Assembly: GCA_031409275.1 (NCBI GenBank)
Contig: JANNXA010000040.1
Span: 64,001 to 128,000, forward strand
Direction of reading: 5' to 3'
From: Planctomycetota bacterium
GTDB taxonomy: Bacteria > Planctomycetota > B15-G4 > SIAN01
Length of the DNA: 64,000 nucleotides
Within the stretch, counting starts at the first letter, position 1. The number at the start of each line of letters is the position of its first letter. The translations under genes were made by a program, and so were the position numbers. Shown here piece after piece: positions 49,509 to 60,100 of the stretch. The notes below the pieces were generated by a model. That model was not told the DNA's origin. It worked only from the letters and a program-made list of their open reading frames with translations, and did no database searches.

Positions 49509-51740
49509 TCAGTTCCCGAGCACGAGCTCGAGTCCCTGCGTGAACGAGATCTTCTGCGGCGCGCCGACGTCGACTTCGAGCGCCTGCGCGAAGAAGGAGA
49601 CGCCGCAGAGCGCCGGGTCGTTGTCGATGTCGGCATCGAGCGGCGTCGAGCCGGGGTTGAGCGTCAGCAGGAACGAGAGGTCGGCGTCGACGAGCAGCGT
49701 GCCGCCCTTGAACGGCAGCGACGTCGTCGAGTCGCCCACCATGACCAGGGCGAGCGTCGCAGCGCCGAGCGAATTGCCGAGGTCGGCCGTCATCGTCGTG
49801 CCGAGGATCGGCGGCACGCTCACGGTGAAGCTCGGCACGCCGAGCGTCCCGGCGAGCCCCGCACCGTAGTTGCTCCACGAAGCGGTGGTCGCGAGGCAGA
49901 ACTGGAAGTCGTCCCAGGCGACGCCGCCGACGTCGCTGATGCTCTTGATCTCGACGCGCGAGACGTCGCCGAATGCGGTGCAGTCGACGAGGAGCGGTGT
50001 CGCCGGCGTCCCCGCCCCGACGACGTCGACCGACCCGGCGAGCAACCCGTTCGAGTAGACATCGACCGTGGCGACGCTGCCGACGTTGTCGACGCCGATC
50101 GCGTGGAAGGTGAGCGAGGCGATCGGGCAAGGAAAGTCGATGAACGTGTCGTGCGTGCAGTCGGCCGCGCCGCCGAGCGGTGCCGTGCAAAGCATGTTCG
50201 GCGCGGTGGCGCCGTTGGCCGACGCAACGGCGATGTTCTCGAAGCCCGCGGACGAGGAGAAGGCCGCCTCGGCGTATTGGCTCGTGACCGCAACGCCGGT
50301 GGCGAGCGTGTCGAAGTCGATCCCGACTGGGTCGCGAACGACGACGTCGACCTCGGCCGACGCGATTCCGTTGGCGATGACGGTCAGCTTCGCGGGGCCG
50401 ATCTCGCCGCTCGGCACGACGAAGTGGGTCGAGTGGATCGCGCTGCCGGTCATGTAGCCCATCGTGCTCGGGTCATGGGCGCGGCAGTACGACGTGTGGC
50501 CGCTGTTCGTGAACTTGATCTTCACGATCGGGTAGTTCGTCGCCATGTTGCATTCGTCGCCGTAGCTGCACGCCGTGCTGCGGCCGTTCAGTTGGGTGCC
50601 GAACACCTTGTAGTCGACACCCGGGATCAGGTCGGTGGGAACCGACGTGATCGTCGGCGCCCACGTCGGATCGGGGCTGCCATCGGGCGTGTAGATCGAG
50701 ACCGAGTAGCAGGAATTGAGCACCTTGCCGGTCGGCAGGAGGAGCAATCGCGCCTCGTAGGCGGGGTGGCCGCTGTTGGCGGGATCGGGGACGTCGATCC
50801 AGTTGGAGCCGTCGTACTCGTACATGTAGTACGGCGCGCTGAAGCCCAGACCGAGCGTGACGAGCAGGTTGCCGTTCGGCAGGAGAGCCGAACAGGAATC
50901 GTAATTGGAGACCGCCTTGCCACCGACCAACGGCGGGTCGGTGCTCTGTACCCAGGTGCCGACTCCGCCGGGCGTCGTCGACGGCGTGTAGTGGCAGACG
51001 TGCGGCGTGGCGCCGAAGCAGACGACCTCACCGTTGTTCATCATCAGCGCCGAACCGATCTCGAGGATGCCGTCGACGAGATCCACCGGCGTGTTGCCGA
51101 GCGAAGTCCAGGTGTCGGCGACCGGATCGTAGAGCTCCGAGCCCGGGTGGCCTGGGCAATCGACGGAAAGCACCGTGCCGTCCGGCAAGACGGTCCAGGT
51201 CTCCTCGACGCTGCTCGAATTCAATTTGTCGGCGGCGCTCGTCCACGCATTCGTCTTCGGGTCGTAGATCGCGACCCTCGGCGTGAAGTACTCGGCCAGC
51301 ATGAAGCGCCCGTCGGGAAGTACGACCGAAGGCGCATCCGCAATCGAACCCCAGCCGGTCGGCTTCGCGACGAGCGTCCACGTGTCGAGGACGGGGTCGT
51401 AGATCTCGATCGTGTCGGTGCCGGTGCCGTACTCACCTCCCGCGATGATCACGCGGCCGTCGCCGAGCACCCCCGATGCGTAGTAGAGGCGGCTGTCGTT
51501 CGCGGTCGCGGCGGCGGACCACGTGCCGTCGGTGTAGCTGCCCGTGATCGTCGGTGTCAGGATCCACCACTTGGTGCTCAGGTTGTCGTTCATGAGCACG
51601 CGCCCATCCATGAGCAGGAAAGCGGTGCTCGCCTTCCTCCCCGTCGGCTGGTGGGACAACTGCTGCCAGCCGTTCGCGGGCGCCGAGGGCGCGGCGGCGC
51701 CAAGTGCCAGCAACGTGGCGAAGATCGCGAGGGGTTTCAT
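49509..51740 (-). CDS. Secreted kelch/galactose-oxidase-like beta-propeller protein with extra beta domain and planctomycete-type C-terminal domain
   Basis: Sec signal MKPLAIFATLLALGAAAPSAPA; kelch repeats (LLMDGRVL, VLGDGRVIIAGGEY, EIYDPVLDTW, VLPDGRF, ELYDPVADTW, LLPNGNLL, LLPTGKVL); AAGAAGGAG RBS. Confidence 0.85.
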   Translation of the reverse strand: MKPLAIFATLLALGAAAPSAPANGWQQLSHQPTGRKASTAFLLMDGRVLMNDNLSTKWWILTPTITGSYTDGTWSAAATANDSRLYYASGVLGDGRVIIAGGEYGTGTDTIEIYDPVLDTWTLVAKPTGWGSIADAPSVVLPDGRFMLAEYFTPRVAIYDPKTNAWTSAADKLNSSSVEETWTVLPDGTVLSVDCPGHPGSELYDPVADTWTSLGNTPVDLVDGILEIGSALMMNNGEVVCFGATPHVCHYTPSTTPGGVGTWVQSTDPPLVGGKAVSNYDSCSALLPNGNLLVTLGLGFSAPYYMYEYDGSNWIDVPDPANSGHPAYEARLLLLPTGKVLNSCYSVSIYTPDGSPDPTWAPTITSVPTDLIPGVDYKVFGTQLNGRSTACSYGDECNMATNYPIVKIKFTNSGHTSYCRAHDPSTMGYMTGSAIHSTHFVVPSGEIGPAKLTVIANGIASAEVDVVVRDPVGIDFDTLATGVAVTSQYAEAAFSSSAGFENIAVASANGATAPNMLCTAPLGGAADCTHDTFIDFPCPIASLTFHAIGVDNVGSVATVDVYSNGLLAGSVDVVGAGTPATPLLVDCTAFGDVSRVEIKSISDVGGVAWDDFQFCLATTASWSNYGAGLAGTLGVPSFTVSVPPILGTTMTADLGNSLGAATLALVMVGDSTTSLPFKGGTLLVDADLSFLLTLNPGSTPLDADIDNDPALCGVSFFAQALEVDVGAPQKISFTQGLELVLGN

Positions 51741-51929
51741 GCCAGCTCCTTCTTTCGATGCAACGACCCGCGCCGCGCACTCGCGCGACCGGACCACGGA
51801 GTAGCAGGTCGGCTCGATCCCGGATACGGGTGACCCCGACGCGCCCGGAGAAGCGCGGATCGAGCGGAAGGAGGGCGGCGTTCGACGGCTCGGAGCCGCG
51901 ATCTCACTGCTGAGAAGGCGCCACCGTCG

Positions 51930-54900
51930 TCACTTGCGCGCCATGAGCAGCCACGCGAGCAGATCGCGAACCGCGGCATCGTCGAGCAGGTCGCCGAAAT
52001 TGTCCGGCATCAGGGAGAAGCGGCTGGGTCGCTCTTGGTCGAGCGCCGCCAAGGGCAGCGTCTGCTCGGCGCCGCGCTCGTCGACGTAGACCAGCACCTT
52101 CGCTTCGCGGCGGCGCACCAGCACCGAGAGGACGTCTCCGCTCTTCAGGAAGAGGTTCGTCCGCGCGAATTGCGGATCGACGTTGCGATTGGGATCGAGC
52201 AGATCCTCGAGCACGCGCTCGAAGCCGCGCAGGCGGACGCCATCGAGCTGCGGACCGATCGTGGCGCCGATGCCGCCGATGGCGTGGCAGCTCGCGCAGT
52301 TCCTGGTGAAGAGCTGGGCGCCGATCGCCGCGTCGCCGCCGAATCGCGCGAAGCTCTTCTTGCGAGCCGCGAGCAGCTTCACGCGCGCCTCGTCTTCGCT
52401 CGCGAGCCCCTTCGTCAGCGCCTCGATCCGCGCCGCGCCGTCCTGCGGCAGCGAAGCGACCAGCGCGTCCCGACACGCCGGCTTGGCGAGCAGCGCACGA
52501 GCGGCCTTGCCCTGCTCGACGAGTTCGATCAAGCGCTGCGCTCCCTCCGGTGCTCGCGCCCACGCCACCGCGATCGCGAGCTGCTGGCGGCTCGGGCAGA
52601 GTTCGACGGCGCGCGCCGCCACATCGGCCAGGAGCGACTCATCGGGCGCGACGCCGGGCGCCGACGGCGCGGCGAAATCAGCGAGCCCCGCCGCGATCGG
52701 CTCGATCAACTCGCGTGGCGCATCGGGATCGTCGAGCAACTCCGCCAACGCGCTGGCCACCGTCGGCCAACTCGGCCCGCGCGCCGATGCCAGCAGCGCC
52801 GCGGCGGCCGCGGCGCGCACCCTCGGCTCGGCGAGCGGTGAACGAAGCAGCGCCGCCAGCGGCGCTTCGAGCGAACCGTCGCGAAAGCGGCGCGCCACGT
52901 CGCATGCCGCGACCAGCTCGTCGCTCGTTTCCGCGGGCGAGCGCTCCGGCATCGCGACCACCGCCGGCTCGAAGCGACCGAGCGCGATCCATGCGTAGGC
53001 GTCGTAAGGATTGGCGTCGATCACCTCGAGGACCACCGCTCGACCCGCGGCCGCCGCGAGATCGAGTTCGACTCGCTGCGCCAGGTCGTTGCGCGGCGCG
53101 AGGAGCTCGGCAAGGAGCCTCGCATCCTCCGCATCGACGACGCGCACCTTGTTGAACGGAATCGCCGCGCGATCGGTCTCGCCGTTGTGGCCCGCGATCC
53201 AGAAGGCGAGCGTGGAGGGCGCCTCGAATGGCGGCGAGCGCAGTGCGCCGGTGCGCGCCTCGCCGCGCGGCAGGCTCGAGAGGAACGGCGCCTCGACACC
53301 ATCGGCGCTGCGGCGAACCTGCAGGCACCACGGGTTCGCGCTCTTGCCCGCGCCGGCGACCGCCTCGTTGCGCCACGCCGGTGCGCGCGCCTCGCGCTGC
53401 ACGAGCGCTGGAGCGATCAACGCCTCCGCCCAGCCTGAAAGCGCCGGGATCGGCGTCCCGCCGCGCGCCTCGAGCCCTTGCAGCATCGCCTGCAGCAGCG
53501 CGAGCTGCGTCGCTCGCTCGTCGCCGAAGCGCGCCTGCACGGCAGCGACCAGACGCGGCAGATCGCGCGGCGCGGCCTCGCGTGCCGCGTGTTCGAGCAG
53601 CGGCGTGATGCGCGCGCGATCCGTGAGCTTCAAGGCTTGCTCGATCAGGAAGCGACCCGCCGCTTCGCCGTGGAGCGCGAGCGCGAGTTCGACCACAGCG
53701 GCGCGCGTCGCCGCGTCGGGTGAAAGGTCGTCGACCCGATCGAGCGCACCGGGCAGATCGAGGTGGGCGCGCAACGCGAGCTTCAGCGCATGGCGCAACA
53801 TCGGGTCGTCGACCGAGACGCGGGCGAAGGCGTCGATCAGAGGGCCGAGCGCTGCGAGCGTCGGCAGCCGTTGCAGCGCATGGGCCGCGGCACGCACCAC
53901 GAACGGATCGGCGTCGCGCAGCGAAGCGATGAAGTCGCGTGAGTCGCGCGGAACCGCGAGGCTCCCGCCGCTGGCGCGACCGAAGAGACCGCGCGAATGC
54001 ACGCCCTCCACCACCGCGATCTCGGCGAACGCCTGCAGAGCCGTCCACTTCGGCAGCAGCGGCAGTTCGTCGGCGAGGCGGACGAGGTCGCTCGGGGCCA
54101 GTCGAAAGAGCGCCCACATCAGCATGGTCGCACGCTGGGGACTCGGTGGCGAGGCGTTGGCGGCGGCGGCGCGTTCTATGTGCCAGGCGCGAAGCGCCGT
54201 CACGACGGCCTCGGTCGCGAACTCGTCGCCGAGCCGATCGGTCAGCTCGTCGAGCGCCCGCATCCGCACGCCGAGGTTGCGGTCGTCGAATCGCGCGATC
54301 AAGCCGTCGACATCGGCGCGGCGCAGGTCGAGGCGCAGCGACGAGGCGTCGCCGCCCGGCGGCGCGATGCGCCAGATGCGGCCGCTGGTGCGATCGCGTC
54401 CCGGATGGTCGAGCGGTACCTCGTAGTGGCCGATGATGCGGTTGTAGAAGTCGGCGACGTAGAGCGCGCCGTCGGGCCCGATCTGCAGGTCGACCGGCCG
54501 GAACCACGGATCATCGCTGACCACGAGATCGGGCTGCTCGACGGCCATCGGCGTCGAACCATGCCATTCGAGGTGGTCGCGATGGACGCGACCGCTCATC
54601 ACGTTGCCGACGAAGAGGTCGCCTGAGTACTGCGGCGGGAAGGCGCCGCCCGTCTCGATGGCGAGGCCGCACAACGCCGTCGAGCCGTGCAGGTGCTTCA
54701 TCACCTGTGGCGCGAAGCCGAGCCCGTCGTGCGGCGCGCCGAAGCTCTCGTAGCAGGCGCCCTGCAGCAGCATGGTGATCGGCAGCGTGTGGCAGTCGGC
54801 GGTGAAGAGGTCGCCGCGCTCGTCGAACGCGCTGCCGAACGGGTTGACCTGGCCCTGCGTGAACTTCTCGATGTGCGAGCCGTCGAGCTTGAAGCGATAG

Positions 54901-55529
54901 GTATTGCCCGACTCGAGGTGCATCGACACGCCGTCGCGCCCTTTCACGTCGGTGATGTTGTTGTAGCCGTGGCATGCGTAGATCCAGCCATCGGCGCCGC
55001 GACGGAAGCTGTTGTTCAAGCCATGGGCGTCGCGCTGCCACCCCATCGGGCCGTAGAGGAGGGTGCGTCGATCGGCGCGGCCATCGCCATCGAGGTCGTC
55101 GAGGCGCCAGATGTTGGGGACCGAGAAGACGACGCAGCCATCGTGGCCCGCTTCATCGACCACTGGCAGCAGGCCGATCGGCACGTTCAGGTCTTCGGCG
55201 AAAACGATCGTCGTCTCCGCCACGCCATCGCCGTCGCGATCCTCGTGGAAGGTGAGCTTGTCGCGCCCCGTGAAGCCACGGTCGGGCCCCACCGGAACCG
55301 GGTACTCGGTCGAACTCGTGCACCAGAGCCGCCCGCGCGCGTCGAACGCGAGGTTCATCGGCTTCCAGATCTGCGGCTCCTGCACGAAGCAGGTGACCTG
55401 GAATCCGTCGGGCACATGGAGCTGCGCCTGCTCCTGCGCTGGCGCAAGCCATGGAGTCGGCCGGACATCGGCGGCGAAGGGGTCTTGAGCGAAGGCGAGG
55501 AACGCGACCCGCAACCGCCAACGATTCAT
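51930..55529 (-). CDS. PVC-type heme-binding CxxCH protein (membrane-bound dehydrogenase-like propeller + HEAT repeats + cytochrome c)
   Basis: LHVPDGFQV...KPMNLAFDARGRLW, DRDGDGVAE, DDPWFRPVDLQIGPDGALYVADFYNRIIGHYE, HEAT region, C-terminal CASCH...IGPQL...SLMP. Confidence 0.9.
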   Translation of the reverse strand: MNRWRLRVAFLAFAQDPFAADVRPTPWLAPAQEQAQLHVPDGFQVTCFVQEPQIWKPMNLAFDARGRLWCTSSTEYPVPVGPDRGFTGRDKLTFHEDRDGDGVAETTIVFAEDLNVPIGLLPVVDEAGHDGCVVFSVPNIWRLDDLDGDGRADRRTLLYGPMGWQRDAHGLNNSFRRGADGWIYACHGYNNITDVKGRDGVSMHLESGNTYRFKLDGSHIEKFTQGQVNPFGSAFDERGDLFTADCHTLPITMLLQGACYESFGAPHDGLGFAPQVMKHLHGSTALCGLAIETGGAFPPQYSGDLFVGNVMSGRVHRDHLEWHGSTPMAVEQPDLVVSDDPWFRPVDLQIGPDGALYVADFYNRIIGHYEVPLDHPGRDRTSGRIWRIAPPGGDASSLRLDLRRADVDGLIARFDDRNLGVRMRALDELTDRLGDEFATEAVVTALRAWHIERAAAANASPPSPQRATMLMWALFRLAPSDLVRLADELPLLPKWTALQAFAEIAVVEGVHSRGLFGRASGGSLAVPRDSRDFIASLRDADPFVVRAAAHALQRLPTLAALGPLIDAFARVSVDDPMLRHALKLALRAHLDLPGALDRVDDLSPDAATRAAVVELALALHGEAAGRFLIEQALKLTDRARITPLLEHAAREAAPRDLPRLVAAVQARFGDERATQLALLQAMLQGLEARGGTPIPALSGWAEALIAPALVQREARAPAWRNEAVAGAGKSANPWCLQVRRSADGVEAPFLSSLPRGEARTGALRSPPFEAPSTLAFWIAGHNGETDRAAIPFNKVRVVDAEDARLLAELLAPRNDLAQRVELDLAAAAGRAVVLEVIDANPYDAYAWIALGRFEPAVVAMPERSPAETSDELVAACDVARRFRDGSLEAPLAALLRSPLAEPRVRAAAAAALLASARGPSWPTVASALAELLDDPDAPRELIEPIAAGLADFAAPSAPGVAPDESLLADVAARAVELCPSRQQLAIAVAWARAPEGAQRLIELVEQGKAARALLAKPACRDALVASLPQDGAARIEALTKGLASEDEARVKLLAARKKSFARFGGDAAIGAQLFTRNCASCHAIGGIGATIGPQLDGVRLRGFERVLEDLLDPNRNVDPQFARTNLFLKSGDVLSVLVRRREAKVLVYVDERGAEQTLPLAALDQERPSRFSLMPDNFGDLLDDAAVRDLLAWLLMARK

Positions 55530-55596
55530 CGCGCGACTCCGCAGACACGCCACGGGCAACGCGTGGCCGCGCGGCTGGTTCGCTGCGCGCGCCCGC

Positions 55597-57015
55597 TCAG
55601 CCGAACAGGAAGCGCTGGCCGCGGCCGATCTCTTCCGCGACTTCGCGCAGGAAGCCGTCGAGTCGGCGATCGGTCGCGCGCAGCGCATCGATCTTCGCCT
55701 TCGCGTAAGGGTGAACCGACGGCGACAGCGGACCGAGCCACCGGCGCACCGTGGCGCGCTGCAAGGCGAACACTTCGAACGCGAAGTAGATCGCGAGGTG
55801 GCGGCCGAGCGCGGCGGCGCGCGTGCGCGAGCCGCTGACCAGCTCCTCGCGTGGAGCGCCGACGAACTGCGCACACCGCTCGAGCACGCGATCGAACGGC
55901 TCGGGACCGCCCGCTTGCGGCACCAAGGCGCGCACCAGATCGTCGAGCTCAGCCCGCGTCGGCGTGCGGCCCAACGACTTCGCGCGCTCGCGTGAGGCCA
56001 GCAACAGCGAAATGGCGCTCGCCAACGGGACTTCGGTCGCTGCCGCGAGCTCCTCCGCCAGCGCGGCGAGCGTGCCGCGTGCGCTGCCGATGCGCGCGGT
56101 CAGGATCTCCGCGCGCGACGCCGCTGACCACTGCGGAATGGCGAGACGGAGCCCTTGTCGCAAGAACGAGCGCAGGGACGGCAGGAACTCGCGCGGACCG
56201 CCCTCGAGCGGCCGACCCGCCACCACCACCGGCCGCCCGCGCGCGCGCAGGTAGCTGAACATCTCGACGAGCTGCTCCTGGCAGATCAACTTGCCTGCGA
56301 GTTCATGGATGTCGTCGAAGACGAGTCCGTCGCACGCCACCACCGAGCCGCGGAACGCCGCGCGCTGACGATCGAGGCAGGCCGAGGCGAACGAGCGGAA
56401 GAACGGTTCGCCGCGCTCGCGCTGCCAGCGCTCGTGCGGATGGCGACGGCGGCGCTGCCACACCAACGTCTCGAGCAGCAGCGACTTGCCGACCCCCTCC
56501 GGACCTTCGAGGTAGATCTGGTCGAACTCCGCCTGCGGGTCGCGCGCCAGCCGCAGCAGCGCCTCCGCGGCGAGGCGATTCTCGGAGCGCGTGACCAGGC
56601 TGACCACCGGCGCCTTCGGCGGCGGCGCCCGCAGCCCGAGCGCGCGCAGGGCGCCACCAAGGCTCTGGTCCAGTTCGATGCGAACGCGCAGCACGCTGCC
56701 CGCCAGCGCTCGCAGCTCCGCTTCGAGGCGGGGCGCCACCTGCGTGCGCAACGGCATCAGCGCCTTCGCGCTGCGGGTCACCAGTTCGAGCGCACCATCG
56801 CGGAGCGCACGCGGTTCGAGGCGGGCGAGCCACGGCATCAACGGGCCGGCGAGCGCACCGCTCGCGACGCGCGACAGCAATGCCTGCCAGAGCTGGTCGA
56901 CGAGCTCGAGGGCAGGATCTCCGGCGACCGTCGCGGCGTGGGAGCGCCCGGCCGCGCGCCATGGCGCCGGCACCGACAACTTGGCCTGGCCGGCCCCGTT
57001 TCCCCCTCGTTCCAA
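55597..57015 (-). CDS. Divergent DnaA-like AAA+ protein (DnaA paralog)
   Basis: Domain-I-like WLARLEP..LRDGALEL; SENRLA; YLEGPEGVGKS; VFDDIHELAGK..QEQL; domain-IV-like ELVSGSRTRAAALGRHLAIYF. Start uncertain. Confidence 0.78.
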   Translation of the reverse strand: MERGGNGAGQAKLSVPAPWRAAGRSHAATVAGDPALELVDQLWQALLSRVASGALAGPLMPWLARLEPRALRDGALELVTRSAKALMPLRTQVAPRLEAELRALAGSVLRVRIELDQSLGGALRALGLRAPPPKAPVVSLVTRSENRLAAEALLRLARDPQAEFDQIYLEGPEGVGKSLLLETLVWQRRRRHPHERWQRERGEPFFRSFASACLDRQRAAFRGSVVACDGLVFDDIHELAGKLICQEQLVEMFSYLRARGRPVVVAGRPLEGGPREFLPSLRSFLRQGLRLAIPQWSAASRAEILTARIGSARGTLAALAEELAAATEVPLASAISLLLASRERAKSLGRTPTRAELDDLVRALVPQAGGPEPFDRVLERCAQFVGAPREELVSGSRTRAAALGRHLAIYFAFEVFALQRATVRRWLGPLSPSVHPYAKAKIDALRATDRRLDGFLREVAEEIGRGQRFLFG

Positions 57016-57102
57016 GCCGTCTTCCCCGTGCCGCCGTCCAGGACCGTCGATTCGTTCCGTCGTCGCGCTCTCAATCTCCCGCGATCGCCGCCGCTCGCGA
57101 TC

Positions 57103-60100
57103 TCAGCCGCCCGCGATCGACCGTTCGAGCGCTTCGATGCGCGGCAGATCGGGCGCCAGCTTGCGCGCCTCCTCGACCGCCTGCAACGCCAGCTCCCGTT
57201 CGCCCGCCTGGGCCCGCAACTCGCCGATGTCGAGCAGGATCTCGGCGCGCTCGCGCGCCTCGGCCGGATCGCCGTTCCCATCGGCTCCAGCCGCTGCCGC
57301 CGCGCGGGCGGGATCGTAGTCCGCCTCAGTGGAGGGGTCAATCTGCAGCGCGACTTCGAGCAGCGCCAACGCGCGCGCCGGTTCCTTCAGTTGCCGCTCG
57401 CAACGCGCGAGGTCGCGCCACACCTCGCGGTTGAACGGGTCGATCATGCGCAGGTCCTGGAGCCAGCGCGCCGCGCCGCTCCACTCCTCGCGTTCGAGCG
57501 CTCGACGCGCGAGCAGCTGCCGCGCCTGCACATCGGAACCATCGATCTCGCAGAACGCTTCGAGCTCAAGGAACGACTCGTCCTCGCGATCGAGCTCGCG
57601 CAGCAGCCGAGCGCGCAACAGGTAGGGGTTGTTCTCGCCCACGAAGCGGGGAAAGCACGTCCTGGCGCGCAACAGCAGATCGAGCAGCCGTTCGCGAACC
57701 GCCTTGCCGGCGGCGTCGAGTTCGCTCTTCGGATCGCCGTCGACCGCCGCTTCCGCGGTCGCGCCTGGCGGCGGCGAAGGTGCGCCGCCGTGCGCGGCCC
57801 CCGGCCGTCGTCCGCCGAGACCTTCCTTGCTGGCGAGCAGCTGCGAGTAGCGCAGCAGCGCGAAGAACTCCTCGCCGCCCGCCGCCAGTCCGACCTCGAA
57901 CTCGCGCAGCGCCTCGTCGGTTCGCCGCCCCTGCAACGCCCGTTCGGCCAGCAGGAAATGGGCGGCCGGCAACTTCGCGTCCCGCGCCAGCGCCTGGTTC
58001 AGGAAGTCGTCGCGATCGACGGGTCGACCGGCGGCGTGGTAGGCCCACGCGACCTGCGCGAGCAGATCGGCCGGTGCGACTTCCTGTGCGCGCACGCGAT
58101 CGAGCAAACGGCGCCGCCCCGCCTCGGTGTAGGTCGGCTGCACCTTCATCGCGGCGATCTTCGTCCGCTCGAGCCAGGCGAGGAACTGCCGATCGAGCTC
58201 TTCGCAGCTCATGCCCAGCACCGACTGCACCGCGCCGGGCGTCTCGGCATCGTCGGCGAACTGGCGCAGCATCTCGACGAGGACCGCTTCGCCGCGAAGC
58301 TCGACCAGGAAGTCGCACAGCAGACCGCCCTGGTAGTAGCCGAACAGGATCTTCGGCCCGCCGAAGACGCGATTGAGTTCGCGTACCGGCACGATCTCGC
58401 CACTGTGCCAGTAGTTGTAGAGATCGAGGTCCATCTCGCGATCGCCGGTGGGCGCGTAGATGTGCTCCTCGTGGACCGAGATCCCTTCGGTCAGCCAACG
58501 CGGCACCTTGTTCTTCGACAGCCCGAGCGTCACGACGTGGGCGAGTTCATGCACCGCGGTCTTGTCGAACTCGAACTGTCCGCGAAACTCCGAGCGCGGC
58601 GACAGCAGCGTGAAGACGTCCCCGAAGCAGACGCCAAGCGCGCCAAAGCCGGTGAACCCGACGGTGCGCGCCGAGAAGTCGGGATGCCGCGGAAAACACT
58701 CGATGCGAACTTCGCGGCGCGGGTCGAATTCCCAACGCTTGCACAGGTCGGGCCACGCGCGCCCGTACGCCTCCTCCAGCACCGGCACCAGCACCGGCGC
58801 GTCGAGCGGGTGCATCACATAGGTGAACGTGCCGCGCCGCAATTCGACGAACCCCGCCAGGCGTTGCAGGGCGATCGAAACGTTGTCGGCCAGCGCGTAC
58901 GGCACGCGATCGGTGCGGCGGAACTCCTTCATCGCGTCGATCGCGCCGCGCAGATCGCCGGTGTTCACCAGGCAACGCGCGAGACCGACCCAGCTGTAGC
59001 TCCAGGTCGGGTCGTTCTGTAGCGAGCGGCGATAGAGCGGGATCGCCTCGCGGAAGCGATAGAGGTAGGCCAGGATGTCGGCGAATCGGCCGACGTGCTC
59101 TCCGTCGTCCGGCTGCTGCTCGACGAGCGCCGCGAGGACCTTCTGCGCTTCCGGCTTGCGGCCGAGCACCCACAAGGCCGCCGCCTGCACGGAACGAGCC
59201 GCGGCGTGGCGCGGGTTCTCGCGCAGCGCGCGCTCGGCGGCATCGAGCCCTTCCGCGGCGCGCTGATCGAAGAGCAGGATCTCGCCGCGCACGGCCCACG
59301 CGTCGGGGTGGCGCTCGTTGGTGACGAGCGCCTCCTTGATCGCCTCGTCCGCCTCGCCCGACTCGTAGCGGAAGATGCGCGCGCGGGCGAGTTCGACCTG
59401 CGCCGGCACGTTCGCCCGATCGAGGCCGAGCGCATCGCGCAGGACGGCGATGGCCGGCAGGTTGTCGCCGCCGGAATGGCCGACGCGATAGGTGCGACCG
59501 AGCAGGAACAGGACATCCGCATGCCGCGGGTCGCTCTTGTCGCGGAAGTAGCGATCGAGCGCGACGAGCTGCTCGGCGGCGCGCTCGTGCTGGCGCAACG
59601 CCACCAATGCGCGCGCCGATTCGAGCGCGTAGGCCGGATCGGTGGCCGCTTCAGGCGTGTCCTTCAGCGTCCGCGCGAAGTGGTCGGCTGCGGCCGCGCG
59701 GCGTCCGCTGCCAACCATCAGGATCACCAAGCGGCTGTGCAGCGGTGCGACCGCGCGATCCTGCGCCTCGCTTCCGTCGATCCCGAATTCGAGCGCCGAC
59801 TGCGCCGCGTCCGTGTCGCCGCGCTCGACGGCGAGGTCGAACGCAGCGATCGACCACGCGACTTTCGCGAAGCGATCGACGAACGTCCCCGCGCGTGCCA
59901 GCGCAACGTCGGCCGCCGCATCCTCGTAGCGACCGCGCCGCCGTGCGAGCGTCGCGCGCAGCGTCAGTGCCCGCACCGAACCGGGGAAATCGGCGAGGTA
60001 CTCGTCGAGCGGCTCCGCCGTGTCACGACCGAGTTGGCCGCGCGCGATCGCCGCCTCGTAGCTCTTGAGCTCGGCGAGGTCATCGGCCGTCTCCTGCGCC

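Noticed and set aside
55530..57102. Replication origin near the dnaA-like gene
   Set aside because: Flanking gaps are short and GC-rich; no TTATCCACA boxes or AT-rich unwinding element seen.
56155..59022. 955-aa plus-strand ORF
   Set aside because: Shadow of the DnaA-like and TPR-peptidase genes.
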